64,000 bases of DNA from Parasitella parasitica NRRL 2501 (taxonomy: Eukaryota; Fungi; Mucoromycota). The translations under genes and the position numbers were made by a program. Numbering within the stretch: position 1 is the stretch's first letter; every line of letters starts with the position of its first letter. The notes under the pieces are model-generated. The model was not told the origin of the DNA. It searched no databases and saw only the letters and a program-made list of their open reading frames with translations. This document shows, in pieces, positions 1-13,536 of this stretch. The stretch covers positions 37,238 to 101,237 of the forward strand of contig MU619259.1 in NCBI GenBank assembly GCA_025201805.1. The letters are read 5' to 3'.

Positions 1-3000
1 TCATAGGTGCGTCGTATTGGGCACGATTAAGAAATTGCATGAGCACTAATTGAGAATCACGCTTACCACGATTGCCAGGCTTTTGCCGTTCGTTGGGGCC
101 GCCAACTTTGGCAATTACAATATAGGGAACCACATGACCGCCAATCTCATATAGGCCAGAATAAATCTTTGCTCGATTATGCTGCTTCATGCCCTCACCG
201 AGAGATATAAATGAAAGGGCCTCGGGATCTACTAGAGGGTCTACTCCAAAAATGTCCAGTACGATACGAGGTGTTGGGCGGTCATTGCCACTACCAATAA
301 TCATGCCATCACAAATAACCATAATCAGTTTACGCTTATCATCATAGCGCAAGGTAGCCAGCGAGTCGATTGTTTTACGCAGTGAGTCTTCATCTTCCGT
401 GTAGCATGTCACTTGACAAATCACAAACTTGTCCAGTTCTTCAGGCACACTAGCACTGCCGATACGAATAGCCGCAATAAACTTAAAGAATATTACGACA
501 CACAAGCAGATGGTTACGGCCAGCAAAAAGTAGGTAGAGAATTGGCATTTCTTGGAATTACGCTGATCCACCATGCCTACAAAATACAAGCTCCTAATAC
601 AAGCAAGCTCTCGGTACTTTTGGTCTGTACTGAGGCTGAGAGCATTAAATTTATCTGTAAGATCCATGCCTGCGTTGGTTTCAAACAGGTCAACCACTTG
701 CCGATCCAAAAAATCAGTACTAACATCTGAAGGCGCTGTCCCATTATTAGGCGCTGCCAAGTATCGACCACCCATCAAATACGTAGTAAGATCGTAGATA
801 TGTTCGTCAATAACAGCCCACTGACGATTCATAGAGACACCATTCAATGTGTAAGCACCTTGAGCTTGATCTTGAATGCCCTTCCACTCGACACCCATAT
901 TGCCCTTCTTGTAGTTGCGACGAAGCATGGTGATTTGATTATAGTACCAATTGGGTCGATAATTGCCAGAAGCATATCTGAAGTCGTGATATTGGGCATT
1001 GGTATCTGTATAATTTTTGTTGTAATCCAAAGACACATAGGGAGAGACGTTTTCACAGAGATCAGAGACCTGAACGGGGAATAAATCAGTGGCATCTTTA
1101 CCAGCATAAGCAAGAACTGAACTTGTAGGGACAATACTTGGATAATGGTGCGGCGCATAGCTGCCTAAATCAAATACTTCGCCGCGAATAGCGACATAGG
1201 CATCAATTTCAGAATTATGGGAAGCAAGTTCGCTTGTCGAAAATACAGCTTGATTGGGACAAATGATTTCACCAAAAAATACCAAGAACCATATAACAAA
1301 ACCGCACATAAAAGTAATAATCATACAAAGAACCACCTTTTCACGCCATGCAATACGGACATCCTTGCGCTTCATTCGGCCCAATTTAACTAGCAAAATC
1401 TTGGGTATCCACCAAGTCATAAACCTTACAAACCACAGCCAACGCTTTCTTCCAGGTGTCATTGTGCTTTCTTTCTCATCTGTGGCATTAATATCTTCTT
1501 TTGGTGGATCCATTGGCGTTGAAAACGTGCAGTTAGCTGTTGAATAATCTTGCTGATTGAAATAGTTACCAAATCTTGAGTCTGTGTATTGACTATTGTT
1601 GTAAAAAGAACCTCGAGAGAAGTGCTGTTGCTGATAATGGTTATAATCATCGTCCGAATAGAGCGATTGACTTGTATGACTAAATGCAGCATTAAATAGC
1701 AAAGGAAGGGGTTCAGGTATCGTGTTTTCCATAGTTGCTGTCGCTGTAGGAGGGATGCCTCTTGTTTGTATGTTCATACCCTCTTCACTGTTTAATACTG
1801 TAGGCATATTCGAATCGCATATTTTTAGGTTATTTTGCTCTTGTTTTTCCAGCGCACGCAACTTTTCTTCCAACATGTGCCAGCTGCCATAGCTTAGAAA
1901 TACCTATATATTAGAACATCAGATGAGAATACATGTGAAAATGCACACTTTATATGTAAATTACCTTGGTTACACCGAGAGCCATGTCAGTATCTGTCCA
2001 TCTGTTTATCTCTTTAATTGATGCACATTGTTCTTGTGCAGAGCCACTATGATCCAGTCCCATGTTACTAAAAGGAAGAGCGTATCTGGATAGAAATCTT
2101 TGATGTGTCAATGATACCATGTAAAAATGCTTCATTTTAGTTGTCATTTTATCGAGATTAAACCCCTTGACTTGCGATTGTACCAACAGATCATCAAACA
2201 GAGTAGTGCTCCCAGTAGTGTTGGGACGAATACAATACACACACCAAATCATGGCCTCTTGAAATGAGCCAACCAGATCATCTAATGCTGACTGAACTTG
2301 AGCAAGTACAGTTTTTTTACTGCTGGTATCTAGCACTGATTGGGATTGTTTTTCATCCCCCTCTAGCTTGCTTGCCTCTATTTTTCTTTTACTTTTTCGC
2401 ATGGATGGAAGTCTTGTGGGTTTAGCTGATTGCTGTGCTCCAACCAGTTTAGATATAGTATCAAGTGGATGGCTACCAGTAGCTAAATTCTCATCTGAAA
2501 AAAGGCCCAAAACAAAGCTATTACAAGAAGCAGGCGTATCAGCATTGCCACGGATCAAAGATACGAAATCGACCAAGAGTTGATTGTTGTTTTTTGATAT
2601 AAATCCAGTGGGTTCGTATATTACTTCACCAGAATAATGTTGAATAGTGAATTGGCGTGTGTTTTTTTCTGATATTTTGGATGAAAATGATAGATTTTCA
2701 GAGCTGTATTTTGTGATAGCTTCAACTGCATTATCGTCTGTAAAGATTCGTTTCCCACTAATAGTCTTTTCTGACATTTTATTCAAGATGGCATTAATAC
2801 CTCTTGCTGGCTTCTCAAATAAATCAATGCATGTCGAGTTATTGTTGTAAGTAACTTGAGGCAATTGTATTGCTTCTGATTGAAATTCTGCATTGTCTGG
2901 CTCAAATGTGCGATCTTGTATAAATTTATACATTCTCTCATTGGCATAGTCAAAACAAAATTGCTCAAATCCTACTGATCCAAACCCAGAGGGTTGTGTT

Positions 3001-4263
3001 CCGGGAAAATCCAATACACCGATAAAACTGTTGAACTGGTTTGTGTAGGTCTTTTGATTGATATGCTCTACAAGCCACGAGAACAGCAGAGAGTACAATG
3101 TTTGCGCGAGCTCATCTCTTTGAGCCGCTGCCTGTTCCGCATTCAGAATCAGTGTTGTCACATCCTTGCCAATCAAGATTGTTTTAAAAGTTAAAACACT
3201 TTCTAATGCCCGAGTGTCTAGACCTAATAACTCAGAAACAAAATCTAGCATTTCCCGGTTCTTGATAGTAACTGATTCGTCTGTAGCACTCTGGCCAGTA
3301 GGGTCAGCAAAGGTGATGTTACCCAAATGTAGTATAGCAGCTAGCAATTGAACAATGCGGTTGAAATGTTCGCCTCGAAAGCCTGCAGTTCGCATTGCGC
3401 CCTTGAGTTTATTGTATTCATTTCCATCACCAGATTGCAAAATTCGCCCATATTTAGCAAGATAATGATACGCTTTGGGATCATCTTTGAGTTGCAGCAC
3501 TTGTTTTTCATCGGGTTCCGTTCCGGCTAAAAGCCAGTAAAACACATTGAAATTGCCTTCGCTCAGTTTGCCACTGCATACACGAGATTTCTCCAGAAAG
3601 TAATGCAATGCCTTTGCACCGACCATCTTGCCACGTTCGTTATAGTGGGTTTCAACGTAAACACCGTATCTAGATGCAGAGCTCTCATTGTATGAAGTCT
3701 TTGCTGACCCAAATGCACGTAAAACCTCTTGGCTGCTGATGATTTGACCTTGAACCTTTGACCTCTTTTTATTTGCACTTAGACGAGTCAAATGTCGAAT
3801 GATTAAGTAGCTAATTTCAGTTTTTCCACTGCCAGACTCACCACTACGGAAAAATGAAACATACGGGATATGAATATATAATTAAAACATGATAGGAATT
3901 ATATCTACATTACCAAACAAATATGGATTGATCATTACCAGTACGTCTCATATGAAAGTAAGAGCGGTTGACAAGTTTGAATACATGAGGATTAAGCTTA
4001 TTAGTGACCAGATCTTCGGATAAGGTGTTCTTGTACGATGTAACATAGTCATCACTGGTCTGTGCATCATTTTGTGCTAATTCCTTGAACGGGTTAATCG
4101 CAACAAGGTTACATGGACCAATGTCAGTGTAGACATTGTAGCTCAAGAACTTTTGATGCAGGATTTCTGCCAATTGCCTGTCTGTCAAATTATCTGCTGT
4201 TGACAGGTCATTGATGGCATCGTTGGATTGAGGAAAAGGATGTCTAAATGGCATTTGGCACAT
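1..4263 (-). CDS. Myosin-motor-domain chitin synthase (class V-like); 3' end lies outside the window
   Basis: Exons at about 3916-4263, 1964-3843 and 1-1903. Myosin P-loop GESGSGKTE (~3815-3843), switch-I-like AFGSAKTSYNESASRYG and DFPG. Downstream are RIAWREKV, a cytochrome-b5-like AYVAIRGEVFDL, and the chitin synthase core KFVICQVTCYTEDEDSLRKTIDSLA...ICDGMIIGSGNDRPTPRIVLD...KPGNRGKRDSQ, running off position 1. Confidence 0.95.
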
Positions 4264-4928
4264 AAAGAAACAAACAACAGACGTAGAAATACAGCTGTTG
4301 GCCTTGCAGATATATATTTATAAAAACAATGAGAGAAGGAAAAACAAGAGAGAGAAAGAGAACGGGAAAGCTAAAAGGGGATTGATTTTTCCATTGCCCA
4401 AAAAGTGCGAGTCAAAACCAGTTACCCTCATTGGCAAAAATGTTGACAGTAGTTATTGATGCTGTCAATACCATTATTTGGCCAATTTTACAGTGAAACC
4501 TCTCTCTCGATGCTATCGCAAAAGATTGATTAATTGCTAACAATATCTCACAAATAAAAATCATGTCTCTATCACGAGGGTAGAGAAGCTCCTAAATCGA
4601 ATGTGCCGAGTATGATTCAACATACAATGTATACTTTCATCCTGAATAAAAAAATCAGTCAGTTACCTCAAATTTTTATGATATAAGCTTGAGATGTTTC
4701 ATGTAGATATATATCATATAATCGTTGCGAGATGCCAAGGTATTATATACTATTACATTCACAAATTGCCCCGCTCCGCCTTTGTTGAGAATGACAGGTG
4801 CGTTTGTGTTACAAGTATTACATGGTCAGTGTAACAAATATTATACAGTCAATGCAATTTGTATTTTATTATAAATAGTGAGAAATGAAAGAGAATCAAC
4901 CCTATAAAAAATATATTCTATGTTATGC

Positions 4929-6425
4929 TCAACAACATTTGCTTTGGTTATGGCATATAGGCTTTCTGTGGTGATAGCCATGGTGGCTGCAATTATTAAA
5001 ATTCGTACTTGTATAATGCTGCTTTTGTGGACAACAAGTATTATTATTGTTATGGTATTGGCGCTTTATCAGTGTATGATGTGGCTGGTGGTGTGAGCAA
5101 TGTGATGGCATCTTTTCTTGATGCTTTTGGGTATCTTCATCATTGAGTAGGTCAGTAAGATCAGGAACAGAGCCATATTTTTTCGTATTAGCAATACGCC
5201 GAGTATCTCTTTTTAGCTTTGATGATTTACTTGCTTCATTAATGCTGACGAATTGTTGATACTGATGCTGTTGTTGTTGGTATTCTTTTATTCCCGCCAG
5301 CCTTTGTCTTGGATACTGAAGATGATTTGCATTCATCATTTCAATTTGAGGGTGTGTTTGTCTTGTATGCAGCTGAACATTGTTGTCTATATAAAAATTG
5401 CGGTTATCAGCAACAAGTATGGCTGTTGATGGTGGCCTTGTTTGCTGATAGTTGACAGAGTGGTTGTTGCTTAAAATATTTGTTATTAATGGCCTTCTAT
5501 CAAATGGGTCGGAGGTAAAAGTGCTGTTGGACGCTGATTTAGTAGGGATGACACGTTTCTTTTGGTTAATTAATGGTATTTGAACTCTGATGGATACTGG
5601 TGGTGGCGATGACGGCAGCGACGTATGCTGAGCTGGATGCATTCGCTGACTGTTGAAAACGTTTGCCTTTTTTGAAGGGGGATCAACCACAAGAATGTTT
5701 GGCGATGGTGCTGGTGACCATTGCATAGACCGACGATACTCTTGCCTATGTCTTTCTTTCATTCTTGCCATTGCTAATCCAGGCACAGTTTTTGTGGTAG
5801 CGTTTACATGAACAGGTTGCTGTTCATGAGGATGTCGATTTACCAAATCAATTAAAGGTACATCTTCACTTAATTTTTTGCTCGAAACCATCTGGTAACT
5901 CTGTGGGTCCGACCTTGATAGAGGGTGTAAGGGCACAATTTCCTCAGTAGAAGATAGAGATGTCAAAGAAGAGTCAGACGAATCGCTTTCTTTGGATGAT
6001 TTTGTGCAATTACTAATAGTAGATTCTTCTAATGGCGACTTGATACTATCACCAGCATTACTACCACTAATATTGCTATCCATTGTAGTATTGATTCTAA
6101 ATGAAAACTTTGAGGTTTTCGGGCTGCCACTGTTAGAGGTTGACTTGAGCCTCAATGAGTGTCGTATTGTATCTTTCGATCTACTAGAATCATCTCTTGT
6201 TGTCAGTGGGATCAATTCATTGAAAATGTCTTCTGAAAGGCTACTCTTGGCGATATCAGAGATAGAGCTTCCCACCATCATGAAAGAATCGGAAATTGGT
6301 GAATGATAGCTTGTATCCGCTGCATTTTGTTCTAGATTATTCATTGCCACAGATGGAGGAGTAAAAGGTACATTGCCAGCTTTACAAGCAGGTTTTGATT
6401 TCTTTCTAAAATTCAAGAATCCCAT
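4929..6425 (-). CDS. Hypothetical Ser/Pro/Gln-rich protein with His/Cys-rich C-terminus
   Basis: Single 498-aa ATG ORF. It starts MGFLNFRKKSK, has a central charged helix AMARMKERHRQEYRR and ends ...ICHNQSKCC. No recognisable catalytic domain. Confidence 0.75.
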   Translation of the reverse strand: MGFLNFRKKSKPACKAGNVPFTPPSVAMNNLEQNAADTSYHSPISDSFMMVGSSISDIAKSSLSEDIFNELIPLTTRDDSSRSKDTIRHSLRLKSTSNSGSPKTSKFSFRINTTMDSNISGSNAGDSIKSPLEESTISNCTKSSKESDSSDSSLTSLSSTEEIVPLHPLSRSDPQSYQMVSSKKLSEDVPLIDLVNRHPHEQQPVHVNATTKTVPGLAMARMKERHRQEYRRSMQWSPAPSPNILVVDPPSKKANVFNSQRMHPAQHTSLPSSPPPVSIRVQIPLINQKKRVIPTKSASNSTFTSDPFDRRPLITNILSNNHSVNYQQTRPPSTAILVADNRNFYIDNNVQLHTRQTHPQIEMMNANHLQYPRQRLAGIKEYQQQQHQYQQFVSINEASKSSKLKRDTRRIANTKKYGSVPDLTDLLNDEDTQKHQEKMPSHCSHHQPHHTLIKRQYHNNNNTCCPQKQHYTSTNFNNCSHHGYHHRKPICHNQSKCC

Positions 6426-7371
6426 GTAGGAAATAAATGAAAGTAGTCAAAATTTTGGTCAAGCAACACCTTTTGCTTTTATACAACATCTTTATATACT
6501 CGAGAAGGAGGGGCTTACATGTTCTCTTTATCCTCCTGCAGATGCTTACTGGTAATGATTTGATACATATGTATGAGTACATACAGAATTTGCAAGTACC
6601 ATTGATAGCGGTGTAGATAGTGTACATTGGCACCATGATGTAGCGTACACATTGAGGTAGAGAACATCAATAAGCCCTTGATTTCATTTTAATCGCATTA
6701 ATCACTTGTTTATGTGGTTTGCAATAGGAGGAATTTTTGAGAAGATTTGATAGCACTTGCTATACATTACATGTACATCTTGTTGTATGCTTCACGTTAC
6801 ATACACATATGCTCTTTGTAACAGTGAGAAGCTTTATGTATAAAGTAGAGCGACACCAAAACTAACAAATTGCTAAAATGTATAAATATATTCGATGTTT
6901 TTTTTTGCTTTTCTCTCTCTCTCTCTCTCTTTTTTTTTCCTTTTTCTGAAAGTTCTTCCAAGATTGAATATTTTGGTTTTCATTTACATATAAATCGGTC
7001 ATTGTACTAATCCTGATTCTTATAACCCCTTTTTTTTCCATGTAGAGAAACTAAAGGAAAAACTGTACTATATATACAATTATTTCTTTCTTTCTCCTGG
7101 GACTGGACGTCTACAAAGAATTGTATAATAGGAGCCCCTTTTGCTTTAAAAAAAAAACTCAATAAAATCAAAGATAAATAGGGAAATACATTATTCAATA
7201 GGAGTCAAATATTTCTTACAATCATTCATTTCACAGTTTAGTGAAAACCTGGTAAGTGCATGTATATTTTAATTAGAACAACATGTAAAGAACTTTAACA
7301 ACTTGATTATACAATAGTTTAGGGTTAATCAAGGGCAAAACAATCAAAGAAAGAAAGAAAGAAGAAGTGGA

Positions 7372-7391
7372 GGGGGGAGGGGGTGGGCGGG
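7372..7391 (+). other. Potential G-quadruplex (G6-A-G5-T-G3-C-G3)
   Basis: ggggggagggggtgggcggg has four G-tracts with 1-nt loops, in an otherwise AT-rich intergenic region. Confidence 0.5.
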
Positions 7392-7559
7392 TAAATTAAG
7401 AGATGTGGAGAATGACACAGAAAAAGCAGGGAAGTCAAAAGCAAGCTAGTAGTCATGTATAATGAATCTTTGCAAAAAATCTAATAAGTATTGAAAAAGT
7501 ACAACAAAATACATGCCATGTATGATCAAAAAAACAAGCCGAACGCTTTAATTAACGTC

Positions 7560-10500
7560 TTACATCATATAGCTTCCAACATCAATATATCTAAAAGCAG
7601 AATGTTTCATGAACTCTTCCAACAAGTCACTGGTGGTAGTAAACTCTTCTTGTCGATGCTGAGAAATACATTTGATTGTTTCTGTTGAAAAATAAATAAA
7701 TAAACTAAGACACAAACTTACGGCAAAACCACCGCTAGAGTACATTACCTGATAGGAAAGATAACTGGTCATAAAGCTCTTGAGCAGAATACTACATATG
7801 CTCAGTATCAGTATATCAGGTGCTATAAATACAAAGTCGACTTACTTGGCGAACTAAACGACCCACACAACCCAACTGCAAACATGATTCATTATCAATT
7901 GGTAGTTGTTCTCTGGTCTGAAACCCACAAGATGATACCGTACATTGATATGGACTATCGTAATATTTCTGTATATATCTTCGTGCGGAGTTCAATGTTT
8001 GACAGTGAACAATAGCTGAGCATAATGCTTCACCGCAAAGACATGTTAATCCATGTGTATCGTTATCTGATTTGCTGTATGCTATGGTATAATTGCAGGA
8101 TGGGCATCTGAACTTCAGACTTTCACAATTGCGCTGATGGTCTTCGGGTTCAACGAGTTCAGATATTGAGGAGCTGCCGTCTTCGTTATATAATTTCACT
8201 GGTACCTGGTCAACTTCCACAATCCCATCAGCATCGGAGGGTGGTTCTGAAGTAATGTTTTGAAGGCATTTTGCCAATTTATCTCTATCGGTTCCCTCTA
8301 AAGGCATGCAAATCCTATCAACAGATGGAAGAACTTGTCTCAACAGATACCATTCTTTGTCTGGCATCAATTAGCAATTAGTACAATGAGCTTACACGAG
8401 GATCAAATGCATACCTATTACAGCTTTGCCGCCATGCACATCATCAGGCATTCGTGGTTCTCTGCCATCTCCATCGGATGCCGTTTTCTTGCAGTAAATG
8501 TAAGGAATCGTGTCTCCTGCCTTGACAGCAATGCCAGACCTTCGCATATCTTTTGCAACAATAACGTGAGGGTGTCGTTTTGCAGTGCAATACTCCTCAG
8601 GTGATTTAGTCAGTTGCTATTAAAAGTGAGTTAGGCTGATTGTCCTCTTACAAATATTGGCCTGTTACCTTTCGAATGATATAGTCATCCACCGGTACCT
8701 CAGAAGAATGAACTTTGTGTGCCACTGTCTTCATGTACTCGTGGATGCTATCGACAATGATTTCTTGAGGATCGTTTGCCAAAACGATTTGCAAAACACG
8801 TCTGTCCAAACATGTTTTTAGACATTAACTCAACACATCATGCAACCCAACCTACTCTGACGTGCTGCGAGAAAGATCGCATCCATCTCTGCGTACTATA
8901 TCGATGCCTTTTACTTCCAATTCTTCTTTATATAAGCCGTTGGCTTGCTTCATCACAACCTTGGCTGCATACTTTTTCTTCCGCAGCAACAAGGTGCGTC
9001 TGAACACACCATCAATGTCGATTTCTAGCATCTTGAATCTCAAGTTTACCCTATTTTTGAGGTCCTGGCCGATCTTGTTTGCTTTTGAAAATACTGTTTC
9101 GTTAGTATTGATCATAATCGAATCCGTGTCGCCGTAAATAACATCCAGGTTTGCTTGCTCCGCCATGTCTACTGTTTTTCGAAGAATATCTCGGCCTTTG
9201 GCTGTGATGAATGCCGCTAAAGGTTTTGCAAAGAACCTGGAGTGGCTAGAGCCAAGACAGCCATACATGCTGTTTGCTGTTAACTTGAGGCCCATTTGCT
9301 CAATTTGGCATTGCGCTTTTTCTGCTTTAGATAAACCAGGATTGCTCATCATATGCTTGACTCTTTTACGACGATCAACAAACATTTTTACGAGCCCAGG
9401 TAAAATACCCATTGTGTCCTGTGAGGGGGGAGCTTCAGGTTCACGATCGCCATCGAGATCCATTGTCGTAAAACAAACGTTGAACTCTTGCATAATAGAC
9501 GGGTATAGACTGTTGAAATCAAGCAGCAAGACATATTTGTCATATAAGCCTATCTTTGGATCGAGGACCAAACCACCTTCGAAAGAAGGGTGTTTTCCAT
9601 GCGTATTTCTCGATCGCCCAGTAGCTGGCAGTTCGAGTTCCAGAGCTTCATCTGCAAATTCAAATACGCGTTTCTTTAGAGCTATGGGCTTATCAGGACA
9701 GATAAAGCCTTTCCCGTGAAAGGTATGCAGCAGCAAATATTCGTTTCGCTCAGATCTGGCACCATGTATGCTGCGAGACCAAAGATTGCCGGCTAAATTA
9801 GTCAATTGCTTGCTAAGAGGCAGGATTTGAAGCTTGGCCATGAGTGCAAATGCCAAATAGGCGTCTAATGAACAATGCTTGGCTAGGTGAAGAATGCTAG
9901 CCCCAGTTTCAAAGCAAGCATCAAGCTCTTGAGGCTTGATGTCTTGACGGATAATATCAAGCTGGGTCTTGGCAAGTTCCGAAAGATGAAATGATTTACT
10001 TTTGATCAAATCTTGGGACGCTTCAAATGTGTCGCATACAATTCGACCGCGCATGTGCAATCGTTGGTAAAAGGTGCTGCTTACAGATCCATCAGAGTTA
10101 CCAGAGGTCCTCGGGTCAGACTTAGATTTGAGTCTTCCTAGTTTATGCCAGTGTGGAACACTCAGCTTTTTCATCCTCGTAAGCAGCACATCGAGATCTC
10201 CACCGAAAAAGTTGTGTCCTGCAATGATATCAGGGTCATGCACATGGATTGCAGCTGCCAACAGCGGTGGGGGTTAGTTACATGACGTTTCATAGCATGC
10301 ACTAAACAAACCTAGTAATGAGCTAAGTAGGCCAAATTCAGTACTTTCAAGACGAATGTCGTGTTTACTATTTGGACCCTCCTTTTCAACCACATAACAA
10401 GCGTCTTGAGGATAGGATGTGCCTACAGGGGGGCGAATGATCGTGCAACGTTTGCCATTCCAGCCTTCTTTGTGATCCAAGATTTCGATACTCACTGATT

Positions 10501-13391
10501 ATAGTAGATTAATAAAAATAAGTACCCAAGCGTCATACCATAAACGTATACCATTTTCACATATGAAGAAGCTGGCAGCAAATATCTCGTTTGTCTGACT
10601 GAGATAATTCATCTTCGTCTGCAGACTTAACGACAGCACATTAAGTGGCGGCGTAATTTGATAGTCTGAAACAACTGAGCAATCTCCAGGGTTCTCCAGG
10701 CCCAAGTTCAATGAACACCATGATAGATCATTCACTAATGGGTAGGGACGATTTAATTTCAACCAGCAAGGGCCCATTATTTCATTATCGACAAGAAAAT
10801 GCTCAAGAGGAGGTGTGTTTGCACCAAAGATACGGCTAAATGTCTTGCCGCTCTGGCTTGTAAGGAATTCATAATCTTATGAAGGTTATCAGCAAGAGAA
10901 TACAACTTTGTCTGTGTCCTAGACATATACCATTGTAGCTGTAATTCAGCTTTATGTAAGTGGCTTCCCTGGGCACCTGTTTTATACTAAATGCGTATTT
11001 CTTGTCGCAAATTGTCATTTTATATGTCGATATTTTCTTGTGTTGAAGCATTGTTTGTAGTTCTTGTCGCACGTCTCGCAGCTCGACAGCCTCAGATGTG
11101 GGATTTCCTTCATCTAAAACGAAATGGCATGAGAATCAAGGCCTGATAATTTGCCTAATAGCATACCGTCTACTTTGAATTTTCTCGGGAGTATATACAA
11201 TTCTCTCAAGATGTTCTTGACTCGGACACAGCAACTGATATATCTTTCGTTTCTTGTATCAAAATACTAAAAAAAACAAAGCAAAGCAAAGCAAAGCAAA
11301 GCAAAGCAAAAAAAAAAGCTCTGAATACAGAAAAAATAGCAAGAGGCTCAAACACTATACCTTTCCAAAGAGAAATACAACACCTTCTTGTTTCGAATCA
11401 TGCGCATCATACCACCATATGGACAAATCATCGCCAGCTGAAAAGAAATCCAAATCCAAACTGGGCATTGTTCTGATAAACTCATTATTGGCACCTAGAC
11501 ATAGGAGGGGAACATCATCCAAAGGAAGAGCAGCAATTGCTTGAGTTTGAATGTCTTCCTCTCCCACTTCCATATCGTCGTCTTCAAAAGCCTGAACTGA
11601 ATCACCCTCCTCAATCACAGCATCACCGCTGTCCCAAGTGAAATCAGTGGGATCGTTTGTGTACGCAGAAACAGCAGTGTCGGTACCAAAGGCTCCTTCT
11701 GTTCTGAAAACGGGTTCGTCAATCTTATCCGATTCACTCAGAGTGTCAATTAGTTCCTCATCGATCAAATCATCTAACTCTTCCACTTGATCTACATCAC
11801 TCAAGTTGTCAAATTCATCCATTTTAAATAGTTCGTTGAATTTGTCCAATTTGTTTACTTGATCCAATCCGTCTGTATTAAAATCAAATCCTTCTTTAGC
11901 AGTATCCACAGAATCCACAGACTCCACAGACTCCACAGCCATTCCATCAATTTCATCAGACTGCTCAAATGAAGATACAGTAGGATCTTGGATAACGTTC
12001 GTGTCTGGGCTCTTTGAGGTTTCCTTTGTTGAGAGTCCTTCTGATTCAGGCAGCGGCCGATTTGGGGTAAAGATTTCTAAAGCCTCTGATATGTCTAGTA
12101 CATGTTGGTGTAAATCATCCACCTCAACTTCCATCGCATGTCGCTGTAAATTATATGCTTCAACCTCAATTACATCCAATTGAAACTGTTGCAGTATAGA
12201 TTCATCCATATCTAAATGAGCCTTGTGCTGTTCATCCTTGTTTACTTCTGATCTCTCATTTTCATATGTTTCTATTTGCCCCTCTTGGTTCGCCTCAAGC
12301 AGCGCATCCTCACTCACGTTTGGCTGAGCAACGGTATCCATACCGTAGGCTATCCCGCCGGAGGTTTCGGCTTGTTCAACCTGATCCACATCGAAGATAA
12401 TGGCTTCTGCTTGAAAGTCATGATCGATTCTTTCAGGCGTAGTGCTCAAAGAAGTTGTAGTAGTGAAGTTTTCCTTGGCATCATAAAAATTGTCGTCAGT
12501 GGAGTCACTCGGTGAACTTTTCACTGTATTGTTAGAATTGGCATTGTCATTGCCGTAAGCAGCTAAACTATCACGGGTATCCACAGATTGATCCTGCTCC
12601 AAGTCACCACTGTCACTACGCAACTCAATACTATTATATTCTTGACTGTTGGTCGCACTGATCGCACTTGGGTTTACATCTTCGTCCTCATGCTCCGCAA
12701 CAGTATCATCGAGTTCATTGGTTTTCTCCCTTGAATCATTGTCATAAGTATTATGGTGTTTCAAATTTGGCAGTTGTGCGTCGACGTTTAGATCGGAAAT
12801 CTTGTTCTTATTCTGAGCGCGGTCCATAACTTGTGTATCGACGGTAGTTGTAAATTCATGGTCAACATGCAAGGCTTGAGTTGAATAATTTTCTTCTGGT
12901 GACTCGATAATGGAACTGGAGTTTGGTTGCTGTTCAGGCGACTCTACTCGGACATTGACGTTATCCTGGGTGGTATATGTAAGCTCCAATGCTAGCTCTT
13001 GAGACAATGAGGATAACGCTTTTTTTGGGGGTGTAAATCTGGAAGAAGACGTTGATTCGGTTATCAGATTATGCTCGTTTTTAAGCATGTCTGACCATAC
13101 TAAATCTGAAAGACTTGGTGCGGCTTCACTTGTTGATTTCAACGATCCAATCCCTATGAATGAACATGCAAGTGAATTTTACGTTCAGATTCTGTTTTGA
13201 CATAGCAAACCTTTTAAAAGTTCATTGAAAAAAAAAAGAGGATCATCTTTATCGTCCTCCCCTGTTGTCTATTTATCGTTGAGTCGTTACATAAATGAAT
13301 AAATGCATTTCACTAGATGATTTGTATACTATACATGCGTAGTTTTTGCTTTCTTTTTTGGGGTTTCACGGTTTTTTTCAGGGTTGACCAT
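7560..13391 (-). CDS. POL1: DNA polymerase alpha catalytic subunit (family B), apparently divergent, multi-exon
   Basis: Motifs WWYDAH...FLFGK, IMGPCWL, DPDIIAGHN, LTNLAGNLWSRS...RSERNEYLLLH, DFNSLYPS (motif A), KLTANSMYGCLG (B), YGDTDSIMINT (C) and KKKYAA, plus C-terminal Cys-rich Zn-binding regions. Exons join in frame through GT-AG introns from ATG 13391 (MVNPEKNRE...) to stop 7560. The start is my reconstruction. Confidence 0.9.
11278..11310 (+). repeat. (AAAGC)n microsatellite in a polymerase intron
   Basis: About six AAAGC units followed by an A run. Confidence 0.85.
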
Positions 13392-13536
13392 TTTGAAATT
13401 AGTTACCAAGAATATGGTTTTATAATAAAAAGATGAAAGAGAGCAAGCCTCCAAAAAATAACTTGAGAATTTATTTGACAAGTAGAGAAATATGATTGAA
13501 AAATCAAAAGACCTGACTGCTGGAACTGCCTATTGA

